Positions 7,485 to 16,024 of a stretch of DNA of 21,995 nucleotides are shown here, in pieces. Location of the stretch: assembly GCA_046758745.1 (NCBI GenBank), contig JBHIAV010000047.1, forward strand, positions 1-21,995. Reading direction: 5' to 3'. This DNA comes from Gemmatimonadota bacterium. GTDB taxonomy: Bacteria > Gemmatimonadota > Gemmatimonadetes > Palauibacterales > Palauibacteraceae. The position numbers were made by a program, and so were the translations under genes. Under the pieces are notes generated by a model. That model saw nothing but the letters and a program-made list of their open reading frames with translations, searched no databases and was not told the origin of the DNA. The first letter of the stretch is position 1, and every line of letters starts with the position of its first letter.

Positions 7485-9022
7485 CTTTCGATCAGGACGC
7501 GCCGCAGGATCTTCCCGGAGGCTGACTTCGGGATGCGGTCCGTGAACTCGACTCGACGGACTTTCTTGTAGGGGGCGACCCGCTCGGCCACGAAGGCCAT
7601 GACTTCCGCGGCCGAGACCTCGCCGGCCCGCACCACGTACGCCACCGGTACCTCGCCCGCCTCCTCATGGGGAGCCGGAATCACGGCCGCGTCGGCCACC
7701 GCCGGGTGTGAGAGGAGGACATCCTCGAGCTCGGCCGGTGCCACCTGGTAGCCTTTGTACTTGATCAGCTCCTTCAGCCGGTCGACGATGTACAGGTAAC
7801 CTTCCTCGTCCACACGCCCCACGTCTCCCGTGTGGAGCCAGCCCTCGGCGTCCAGGGCCGCCGCCGTGGCATCGGGGCGATTCAAGTACCCCTTCATCAC
7901 CTGCGGCCCGCGTATCCGCACCTCTCCCGTCCGACCGGCCGCGAGCGCTTCCCCCGTCTTCGGGTCCACGATCTTCACCTGCGTGTTCGGGAGGCTCGGA
8001 CCCACGGAGCCCGCACGGCTCTTCCCCGGGGGGTTGAGGTGAGTGACCGGGCTCGTCTCCGTGAGTCCGTATCCCTGCGTGACCGCGCAGCCGAGCCGCT
8101 CGCGGCAGGCCTGCTCCGTGCCCTCGCCGAGCGGCGCGGCGCCGGACATGATCGCCGTGAGCCGCGAGAGATCGAACGAGTCCACGAGGGGATGCTTCGC
8201 GAGGGCGAGGATGATCGGCGGCACGAGGTTGGCGCGCGTCACGCGGTACCGCTCGAGCGCCGCGAGGAGGCCCTCCAGCTCGAAACGGGGGAGGGTGACG
8301 ATCGTGCTGCCGAGCCGGAGGCCCACGCTCATGACGACGGCCATGCCGTAGATGTGGAAGAACGGCAGAACGCCGAGCATGACGTCTTCCTCGGCCACGT
8401 CGTCGACCGCCAGAACCTGGCAGAGGTTCGCCACCAGGTTGTAATGGGTGAGCATGACACCCTTCTGTCGCCCGGTGGTGCCGCTGGAGTAGGGGAGCGC
8501 GACGACCTGCTCGCGGGGATCGATCTCGACCGGGGGAGGTTCCCGGTCGTCCGACACGAGATCGGCAAAGGACGCGGCTCTCTCCGACCTCTCGAAGATG
8601 AGGATCTCCTCGACGCCGGAGCGCTCGGCCGCCGCCTGCACCTTTTCGAGCAGGGGCAGGACGGTGAGCACACCTCGGGCCCCGGAGTCGGCGAGCTGAG
8701 CCGCGATCTCTTCCTCGGTGAGGAGCGGATTGAGGGTGGTGACCGCTCCGCCCAACGTCGCGACAGCATGGAACGCGACCGCGAATTCCGGGAGGTTCGG
8801 GCTGCAGAGCGCGAACACGTCCCCCGCCCGAAGGCCCCGCGCGGCGAGGCCGGCGGCGGCGTGCCGCACCGCGGTCGCCAGCTCCCCGTAGGTCAGGGTT
8901 CGCCCGGTAGGTCCGTCAATGAGGGCGGGCTTGGGCCCGAGCCGCTCCGCCCGCTCGAGGACGAACGATGTAAAAGACACGACGGGAATGTCGACGTCGG
9001 GATGGGGACTCCGCACGATCAT
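7463..9022 (-). CDS. 4-coumarate--CoA ligase-like AMP-dependent acyl-CoA synthetase
   Basis: LPYSSGTTGRQKG (box I), QGYGLTETS, GEVRIRG (box II-like), LHTGD, IVDRLKELIKYKG, PKSASGKILRR. Confidence 0.92.
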   Translation of the reverse strand: MIVRSPHPDVDIPVVSFTSFVLERAERLGPKPALIDGPTGRTLTYGELATAVRHAAAGLAARGLRAGDVFALCSPNLPEFAVAFHAVATLGGAVTTLNPLLTEEEIAAQLADSGARGVLTVLPLLEKVQAAAERSGVEEILIFERSERAASFADLVSDDREPPPVEIDPREQVVALPYSSGTTGRQKGVMLTHYNLVANLCQVLAVDDVAEEDVMLGVLPFFHIYGMAVVMSVGLRLGSTIVTLPRFELEGLLAALERYRVTRANLVPPIILALAKHPLVDSFDLSRLTAIMSGAAPLGEGTEQACRERLGCAVTQGYGLTETSPVTHLNPPGKSRAGSVGPSLPNTQVKIVDPKTGEALAAGRTGEVRIRGPQVMKGYLNRPDATAAALDAEGWLHTGDVGRVDEEGYLYIVDRLKELIKYKGYQVAPAELEDVLLSHPAVADAAVIPAPHEEAGEVPVAYVVRAGEVSAAEVMAFVAERVAPYKKVRRVEFTDRIPKSASGKILRRVLIERERGAPI

Positions 9023-9085
9023 GGCGGCCTCGGCGCCGGGAGATGGGCCGGCGTCCCGGCCTCCGCTCCTCTCATGGCGAGTCGC

Positions 9086-10760
9086 TCAGCTCCCGAGAAG
9101 CTCGGTGCTCGTCAGGAAGCGCGGCGGCCGCCGCACCTTCGTCGCCTGCTCGAAGGCGTACGCGAGCCGGAGAAGAACCGGCTCACTCCACGCCCTGCCG
9201 ATGAACGAGAGGCCGACCGGAAGCCCGAAGGAGAAACCGGCCGGGACGGTGATGTTGGGGTACCCGGACACGGCCGCGGGCGTGGAGCTCCCGCCCAGGA
9301 AGTGATCCCCGTTGACCAGGTCGATGGGCCAGGGCGGGCTTCCCGTCGGGGCCACCAGGGCGTCCAGACCGTGCTCGTCCATCACCGCGTCGAGCCCCTC
9401 GGAGCGCGACAGGCGCCGATTCTTCTCCAGCGCCTCCAGGTAGTCGGGACTGGTGAGCGGTCCCTTCTCCTCCGCCAGCAGGAAGATCTCCTGTCCGAAA
9501 AACCGCATCTCCCGCTCCCGATTCTCCTCGTTGAAGCGGATGAGGTCGCGCAGCGAGCGCACGGACACGCCCGCGCCGCGCCGCGCCAGGTAGGCGTTCA
9601 GATCCGCCTTGAACTCGTACAGCAGCACCTCCCACTCGCTGTCGTCGTATTCACCGGCGTTCGGGATGTCCGCCGGATCGACGATCAGCGCCCCGAGGCT
9701 CCGCATCGTCGAGATGGCCTCTTCGGCGATGCGGTCCGCCTCCTCGCTGTACCCGAAGAACTGCTCGCGGGGCACCCCGACGCGCGCCCCGCAGGCCGGC
9801 CGGGTCGAGGAAGGCCGTGTAGTCGGGTTGGGTGCGGCCTCGGACCGCTCGGGTGGCCGCGTCCTCCGGGTCCTCGCCCGCCAGGGCGCCGAGCAGGATC
9901 GCGGCGTCGGCTACGGTTCGCGCCACCGGGCCGGCCGTGTCCTGGCTGTGCGCGATGGGGACTACACCGGAGCGGCTCACGAGCCCGAGGGTCGGCTTGA
10001 TGCCCACCACGCAGTTCGCCGAGGAGGGGCACACGATGGAGCCGTCCGTCTCCGTTCCGACGGCGACGGTGGCGAAGTTGGCGGCGATCGCCGCTGCCGA
10101 GCCCGAGCTCGAGCCACACGGGCTCCGGTCGAGCGCGTACGGGTTCTTCCCCTGGCCGCCGCGACCGCTCCAGCCGCTGGAGGACCGGGTGGAGCGAAAG
10201 TTGGCCCACTCGCTCAGGTTCGTCTTCCCGAGAATGACCGTCCCCGCCTCCCGGAGCTTCCGGGTGAGGAAGGCGTCCCGCGGGGCGGTGCTCCCCTCGA
10301 GCGCCAGCGAGCCGGCGGTGGTCGCCATGCAGCCCGCCGTGTCGATGTTGTCCTTGAGGAGCACGGGGATCCCGTGTAGGGGCCCGCGGATGCGGCCCGA
10401 CCGGCGCTCGTCGTCCAGCGCACCGGCGATGGCGAGCACGTCGGGATCGAGGTCGAGCATGTGACGGAGCGCGGGCCCCTTCCGATCGAGCTCCTCGATC
10501 CGCTCCAGGTAACGCTCCGCCAGGGAACGGGCCGTGTACTCGCCCGAGCTCATCCCCTCCTGTAGCCGCTCGATCGTCGCCTCTTCCAGCTCGAACGAGG
10601 CCTGAGGCGGTGACCCGGGAGCGAATTCGGCGGCGCGGGCCGTCCGCGGTGCGGCTCCGCCGGCCATGAGGGCCAGGCCACCGGCCGCGCCATGATGGAC
10701 GAACTCCCTTCGACTCATCCGGCCGGCTCCTTCCCTATCCTCCCTCTCTCGTACAGTCAT
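9086..10760 (-). pseudogene. Amidase signature family protein with Tat-like signal, split by one frameshift near 9780 (pseudogene or sequence error)
   Basis: N-part (ORF 9651..10760): SRREF twin-arginine motif, LLKDNID, GSSSGSAAA, GTETDGSIVCP. C-part (ORF 9086..9775): LDALVAPT, AAVSGYPNITVPAG, GLPVGLSFIG..WSEPVLLRLAYAFEQ. An alternative start is ATG 10718. Confidence 0.85.
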
Positions 10761-10891
10761 GGCGCTACTCTTCTCCGGCAGCAGTCTCCAGCCAGCTCAC
10801 GCGCGGTGTGGCGTGGATCGCGGGAACGGCTTCTCCCGCGCGTGGGACCGCCGCCCCGGCCGCACCCGGCGTGCTCGCGCGCCGAGACGAA

Positions 10892-10925
10892 CGACCCCGC
10901 TCGGCACGGAGCTCGAGCGGGGTCG
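10892..10925 (-). terminator. Probable intrinsic terminator downstream of the secreted protein at 10954-11484
   Basis: Perfect 12-bp stem CGACCCCGCTCG / CGAGCGGGGTCG, 10-nt loop, followed by TTCGTCT on the minus strand (weak U-tract). Confidence 0.55.
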
Positions 10926-10953
10926 ACGACAGCTCTGGCCCGTCGGCCGGCGA

Positions 10954-11484
10954 TCAGTCGCCGCCTTCCTCCTCCTCTTCCTCCGGGGGTCCCACCCGCC
11001 CCACGATCTCGCTCTCGACCTTCGCGGTGATCATCGGAGCGACATAGATCTCATCCCGGTGGTATGCGTAGCGTTTGTTGAAAGCGGCCTGCCCCTCGTC
11101 ATACTCCTCCCGCTCCGGCGTTCCCTCCTCCGGCACGGGGTGGGCCTCGCGGTACTCCTCGCACGGCTCCCCGCACTCCGCCGCGATGTCCGCGAACTCC
11201 GCGTACTCGGCGACGAGCGCCACCGCAGCGGCGTTGCTGCCCCAGTTGTGAAACAGAACCCGGAAGTTCAGGACCTTCGGGTTGAGCTGGAAGTTCGGAA
11301 GGAAGTACTCGACCATCCATGGAAAGACGGTCCCGCGCTCGCCGAACGGGACGTCGAAGCTCGTCACGCTTACGATGCGCGTGCCGGGCCCTTCATCCTC
11401 GTCCTGGGCGTACGCCGCCTGCGGTCCCGCCATCCCCGCCATCCCCAAGCCCACCGCAGCAACCAGCACCGTGAACCTCTGCAT
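10954..11484 (-). CDS. Secreted acidic hypothetical protein, paralog 1 (176 aa)
   Basis: Start set at ATG 11484 (AGAGGAG RBS). Signal peptide ends AYA-Q. Shares VT[ST]F..P.GE, FR...H.WG, EY, EGT.ERE and H.D.I with ORFs 14572 and 15247. Confidence 0.85.
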   Translation of the reverse strand: MQRFTVLVAAVGLGMAGMAGPQAAYAQDEDEGPGTRIVSVTSFDVPFGERGTVFPWMVEYFLPNFQLNPKVLNFRVLFHNWGSNAAAVALVAEYAEFADIAAECGEPCEEYREAHPVPEEGTPEREEYDEGQAAFNKRYAYHRDEIYVAPMITAKVESEIVGRVGPPEEEEEEGGD

Positions 11485-11675
11485 TCCGCAACTCCTCTGA
11501 AAGGGGGGTGGGATCCGTCGAACCTCCACGGTGCGCTCGCGGCTCCCGTCCCGCAAGAGCGTGGCCGCACGGGGCCTTCCACTTCCGGTGGACCGCGGGA
11601 GGACCGAGAGTGGCTTCCGAAACCCTGCGCCGCTCGCCGGCGTATATCCGGCGGACCGATCGGAGGAGAGGAAAG

Positions 11676-13202
11676 ATGAGACGATGGGGCTGGGGAGTCC
11701 TGGCGGCACTCCTGGTGCCGGCCGCGAGCCTCCAGGCACAGGCCTCCCTCGACTACTACGTCGATCTGCATGACCGCGCGGACGACAGATTCAAGGTCGT
11801 GGTCGTGACGGATCAGCTGGGACCGGAAAACGCGGTCTTCCAGTTCGCCTCCACCGCGCCGGGCACCTACCAGCTCATGGACATAGGCCGGTTCGTCGAG
11901 GACTTCCGCGCCTTCGACGGCGAGGGGAACGAGCTGAGGACGGAGCGCATCTCGACCAACCAATGGAGGATACACGACGCGTCCCGGGTCCGCGAGATCA
12001 GATACACCATCGCGGAGACGTGGGACACGCCGGTCGAGGAGCACCGAGTCTATCCGATGGCCGGAACCTCGATGGAAGACGACCACGTCCTCCTCAACCC
12101 TCACGCCGTCTTCGGCTTCCCGTCGGGTCTCCAGGATGCGCCGATCCGCCTGCACCTCTCCTATCCGGAAGACTGGAAGCTCGGGACGGCGCTCGATCCA
12201 GACCCGGAGGGAGCGTTCGTAGCGGAGGATTACGACGAACTGGTGGACTCACCCGTGCTCATGGGGCGGCTCACCGTGGCCCGCACCGAGGTCAGCGGCG
12301 TGCCGGTGGAGATCTACACGTATTCGAAGAGCGGGGGGGTGACCTCCAAGCAGCTTCTCGGCGCGATGGACCCTATGCTCCATGCGGCGGGCGATTTCCT
12401 GGGCAGGCTGCCGGTGGATCGCTACACGTTCCTCTACCTGTTCGAGGATCCCGGACGAAGCCAGGGAGCCTGGGAGCACTCGCAAAGCTCCGAGTACACG
12501 TTCGTCGACCTCCGGTATTCGGAGCGTGTGGGGCGGCTTCTCACCGACATCGCGGCCCACGAGTTCTTTCACGTGGTGACACCGCTCAACATCCACAGCG
12601 AGATCATCGAGAACTTCAACTTCATCACCCCGGTGCCGTCGGAGCACCTGTGGCTGTACGAGGGTGTCACGGAATGGGCTTCTGATGCGATGCAGCTGCG
12701 ATCGGACCTGAAGAGCCCCGAGGAGTACCTGCGGGCGGTTCTCACCAAGATGAGGAACGACGCTCGCTTCGATGCGGGCTACAGCCTGAGCGAGCTGGCG
12801 CTCTCATCCTACACGGATGAGGGCCAGAGGCAGTACGCGAACATCTACGAGCGGGGCGCGCTGGTGGCCGGGCTGCTCGACATCCGACTCCTCGAGCTGT
12901 CGGACGGGAAGCGTGGGCTTCAGACGCTGATGCGAGAGCTCGTGCAGCGCTTCGGCAAGGGCAAGCCGTTTCCCGAGGCCGAGTTCTTCGATGTCATCAC
13001 GGAGATGACCTACCCGGAGATCGGGGACTTCCTCGCCCGCTACGTGCGTCGAGCCGAGCCCTTACCGATCAAGGAGTATTACGCCAAGCTGGGAATTCGA
13101 CTCGTCGAGGACGAGAAGGGCGATCCAACCGGCTTCGAGATCGATCCGAAGCCGACGGAGCGTCAGCAAAGACTCCGCGAGGCCTGGCTCACCAACCACT
13201 GA
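11676..13202 (+). CDS. M61 family (glycyl) aminopeptidase, secreted zinc metallopeptidase
   Basis: Start set at ATG 11676 (GGAGGAGAGG RBS), signal peptide ends LQA-Q. Motifs APGTY, YDELVDSP, GAWEH, HEFFH (HExxH), LWLYEGVTE, IYERGA. Confidence 0.9.
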   Translation: MRRWGWGVLAALLVPAASLQAQASLDYYVDLHDRADDRFKVVVVTDQLGPENAVFQFASTAPGTYQLMDIGRFVEDFRAFDGEGNELRTERISTNQWRIHDASRVREIRYTIAETWDTPVEEHRVYPMAGTSMEDDHVLLNPHAVFGFPSGLQDAPIRLHLSYPEDWKLGTALDPDPEGAFVAEDYDELVDSPVLMGRLTVARTEVSGVPVEIYTYSKSGGVTSKQLLGAMDPMLHAAGDFLGRLPVDRYTFLYLFEDPGRSQGAWEHSQSSEYTFVDLRYSERVGRLLTDIAAHEFFHVVTPLNIHSEIIENFNFITPVPSEHLWLYEGVTEWASDAMQLRSDLKSPEEYLRAVLTKMRNDARFDAGYSLSELALSSYTDEGQRQYANIYERGALVAGLLDIRLLELSDGKRGLQTLMRELVQRFGKGKPFPEAEFFDVITEMTYPEIGDFLARYVRRAEPLPIKEYYAKLGIRLVEDEKGDPTGFEIDPKPTERQQRLREAWLTNH

Positions 13203-13231
13203 GCGGGCGGGCAGCCGGAACGGCGGAGTGG

Positions 13232-13405
13232 CTACCGCTTGGCGAGGTCCACGAGCTCCATCGTATTCACCAGCACGCCGTCCAGCGTCTCCCGCTGCAG
13301 GTCGAGTTGGTTCCCGAGATGCTCGAGGCTGGCCTCGACGCTTTGCAACACCCCGTGTATCTCCTGCAGAAGGCGCAGGAGCTTCTCCGCCTGTGTCTCG
13401 TTCAT
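13232..13405 (-). CDS. Small 57-aa hypothetical protein with coiled-coil character
   Basis: Translated by hand: MNETQAEKLLRLLQEIHGVLQSVEASLEHLGNQLDLQRETLDGVLVNTMELVDLAKR. Purine-rich GGAAGGAAG directly upstream, mostly G/C third codon positions, heptad-spaced L/V/I. Confidence 0.6.
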   Translation of the reverse strand: MNETQAEKLLRLLQEIHGVLQSVEASLEHLGNQLDLQRETLDGVLVNTMELVDLAKR

Positions 13406-13665
13406 CTTCCTTCCACAAAGTTGGCGGTCGAGAGCCGGCCGCCCCGTGCTGATCGTTGAAGTCCCGGGTCAGGTCTCGCGGGCGACTTCGTCCGGAGGCG
13501 GGTTGTGGCTGCTCCGGATGAGAGCGCCGCCTCCGCTGCCTCCCCTTCATCTGAGCGCAACGTCCGGCGGTTCGGTCCGGCGCGGCGCCGACCCGATCGA
13601 GGCAAGCGCGAGGTCAGGCGATGCACGGCGCGCCCAGGCGGGGCGCCCGCACCCCCGGCGTCGGA

Positions 13666-14102
13666 TCAGACCGCGGGCGCCGCCTCCTCCTTGTACGGCC
13701 ACGCACCCACCACGGCGGCGATCGGCAGCACGATCAGCCACACCACGGTCCCGATCACGACCAGACGCTGCGGGAACAGGCCGATCTGGGCCTCTCCCAG
13801 GGCGTGGAGGAGACCGACCGCCACCCACAACAGCAGCCCGGCGTACACCGCCGTCCTGGGTCCCGGCCCGAAGCGGGGCCGGATGGCGGCATACAGGTAG
13901 ATCAGGACGATCCCGTACAGAAAGTCCAGGATGACGAACCAGGTGATCTGGGAGGACTCGATCGCTCCCTTACCGAGTCTTGCAGCGCCGCATCGAAGTC
14001 GGCTGCCAGCAGCACGCCGTATAGGACGTAGTCGACGACGTTGAGCACCAGCCCAGCCAGCAAGCCGCCCAGAACGACGCTCCGCAGGTTGATCGCACCC
14101 AT
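13666..14102 (-). pseudogene. Small 4-TM hypothetical membrane protein split by a frameshift near 13977
   Basis: ORF 13902..14102 gives MGAINLRSVVLGGLLAGLVLNVVDYVLYGVLLAADFDAALQD. The tail of ORF 13666..15066 continues LGKGAIESSQITWFVILDFLYGIVLIYLYAAIRPRFGPGPRTAVYAG. GAGG RBS upstream of ATG 14102. Confidence 0.75.
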
Positions 14103-14237
14103 AGGTCACCTCGCGGTAGGAAGGAAAGGGGGGAGATCCCTGAAAACTGTGGGGGGCCTCGCCCATACCGTCAAGGCGAGGCTGGCTATGCCTCTCTACA
14201 CGAACAGATCGACATCGCCGTCCGGCGGGGCGACTGG

Positions 14238-14423
14238 TCAACTCCGCCCTTCCCTCCACAGCATCCACGCGACGCCGCCGAACACGAGAACGGCGAGCAC
14301 GCTCGGCCACATGGGAAATGGGGAGCCTCCGGCCGTCAACTCGATGCCAAGGAGAAGCCGCAGGACGTGGGCGAGTGCGATGAGCGAGAGGAGAATCACT
14401 GCTAGGAGCGATGCCGGCTTCAC
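14238..14423 (-). CDS. Small 2-TM membrane protein (61 aa)
   Basis: Strong RBS AAGGAGG before the GTG. Two hydrophobic helices (LLAVILLSLIALAHVLRLLLG; PMWPSVLAVLVFGGVAWMLW). Confidence 0.75.
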   Translation of the reverse strand: MKPASLLAVILLSLIALAHVLRLLLGIELTAGGSPFPMWPSVLAVLVFGGVAWMLWREGRS

Positions 14424-14571
14424 TCTGGCCTCCTTGTTTGGCCTTCCGGGGACGCCGCCTCGTCCAACCTACTCGAAGGGGCCGCTCCGAAGGAACCTCC
14501 CCGAGCTCCTTGTGGTCCCCACCGTTCCGACCTAGTGTGCGGCTCCATTTCCCCACCACACAGGAGGCTTC

Positions 14572-15027
14572 ATGCGCAAGCACGTCCACGCCCTGGCCGG
14601 TGCGGCAGCTCTGTTCCTGCTGATGCCGGCGGCCACCCTCGCCCAAGAGGAGGAGGAGCAGCCGGAGACCCGCATCATCACCGTGACCACATTCCACGTT
14701 CCGTTCGGAGAGCAGTTCGCCGACCTCCTCGACTACATCGACACGTACGTCGTCCCTCCCTCCAAAGAGGATCCCAACATCCTGCACTTTCGCGTAGCGA
14801 CCCACGCCTGGGGCGACGCCAGTAAGAACGTCTGGTTCATCACGGAGTATCCGGACCTCGGAGCGATCGATGCGTCGAACGACTGGCAGAGCGAGTGGTT
14901 CGACGAGCACTACCCCGAAGGAACCCCCGAGCGCGAAGCGGCCGACGCGGCGTTCGAGGAGCACTTCGCGCCGTATTTCAAGCACAAGGACAACATCCTC
15001 GGTGTCAACATGAACCGGGCGAAGTAG
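14572..15027 (+). CDS. Secreted acidic hypothetical protein, paralog 2 (151 aa)
   Basis: AGGAGG RBS, signal peptide ends TLA-Q, family motifs VTTFHVPFGE, FRVATHAWG, EY, EGTPERE, HKDNI. Confidence 0.88.
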   Translation: MRKHVHALAGAAALFLLMPAATLAQEEEEQPETRIITVTTFHVPFGEQFADLLDYIDTYVVPPSKEDPNILHFRVATHAWGDASKNVWFITEYPDLGAIDASNDWQSEWFDEHYPEGTPEREAADAAFEEHFAPYFKHKDNILGVNMNRAK

Positions 15028-15205
15028 GCCTCGGGACGGTCTCTCAGAACCCCGGGGGCGCAACACACGCTTCGGCGCCCACGCGACTCTTCACGCGGCG
15101 AAGCTGCTCCGCCTGCGTCGCGGACGACGACGGGTGGCGGCGCAGGATCGAACGGCTCGTGCCGGGCGACGAAGACCGGGCGGATCAGAGCTTGCAGGGA
15201 TGAGG

Positions 15206-15239
15206 AACGGGGGCGGTCCCGGAAGGAACCCGCCCCGTT
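15206..15239. terminator. Hairpin between convergent paralogs 2 and 3
   Basis: Imperfect GC-rich stem AACGGGGGCGG ... CCGCCCCGTT, 7 nt after the paralog 3 stop. Confidence 0.45.
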
Positions 15240-15246
15240 GTTCCGT

Positions 15247-15711
15247 CTACTTGGCGTTGTTCATGTTCACGGCGTAGATCTCGTCGTGGTGGCCATTGAA
15301 GGCTCGGAAGAAGGCCTGTGCCATCTCATCCCATTCCTCCCGCTCCAGCGTCCCCTCCTCGGGCACATTCTCCTCGAACCAGGCGTCGCAGGCTTCGCAG
15401 TCCGCCTCGATCGCGGCCCAGTTCGGGTACTCCGAGATGAACGCGACCTGTGCCGAGTTCGACCCCCAGTTGTGCTGCGCGGCCCTGAAGGACAGCACAT
15501 TGGGGTTCATCCTGGCTGAGGGAGCAATGACCCTCTCGATCCACTCCCCGACCTTCTGACCCTCCTCGCCAGAGGGAGCGTCGAAGGTGGTAACGGTGAG
15601 ATAGTGGAACTCGGGCTCCTCCTCCCCCATCTCTTCCTGGGCAAGAGAAGTCAGAGGGGTTGTGAGGAGCAGGGCGGCTCCGCCCAGCAGGAGTGAGAAG
15701 TACTTGAGCAT
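15247..15711 (-). CDS. Secreted acidic hypothetical protein, paralog 3 (154 aa)
   Basis: GGAGG RBS, signal peptide ends SLA-Q, family motifs VTTFDAPSGE, FRAAQHNWG, EY, EGTLERE, HHDEI, plus a CxxC (CEAC). Confidence 0.88.
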   Translation of the reverse strand: MLKYFSLLLGGAALLLTTPLTSLAQEEMGEEEPEFHYLTVTTFDAPSGEEGQKVGEWIERVIAPSARMNPNVLSFRAAQHNWGSNSAQVAFISEYPNWAAIEADCEACDAWFEENVPEEGTLEREEWDEMAQAFFRAFNGHHDEIYAVNMNNAK

Positions 15712-16024
15712 CGTGCCTCCGGTCGTGTGGGGGATGGGGAAGGAATGAAGGACCTGCTTTTTTCACCGAGATGAACGCCGGCCTCGAGCCTCTCGATCAG
15801 AGTGAACTCCCGCTGCTAACCGGCCGGCGGCGGAGAGGCTCGACAAGAATAGGGCGGGCTGCAGCTCAACGCCAGGAGCGGCCGCTGCCGGCCGGCCGAT
15901 GCGTTTTCCACCGGCGGCGGTAGCGTGGGGCACGCCGGCTGGTGGCGCCTCTCGGAGAACCGCCGACGCGACGAGAGGCGAACCGAGGACCGGCGGCAGC
16001 CCGCACGCCGGCGTCACGCGCCGG

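Noticed and set aside
11676..13202. M61 peptidase as the missing PqqA-processing protease
   Set aside because: It has a Sec-type signal peptide whereas PqqA processing is cytoplasmic, and it lies on the opposite strand more than 6 kb away.
15247..15711. CEAC as a c-type heme attachment site
   Set aside because: The motif is CxxCD rather than CxxCH, and the Cys pair is spaced differently or absent in the paralogs. A structural disulfide is more likely.
15712..16024. Possible gene or ncRNA in the roughly 310-bp intergenic gap (ORF 15763..16017)
   Set aside because: No convincing RBS, low-complexity translation and no RNA family recognisable by eye.
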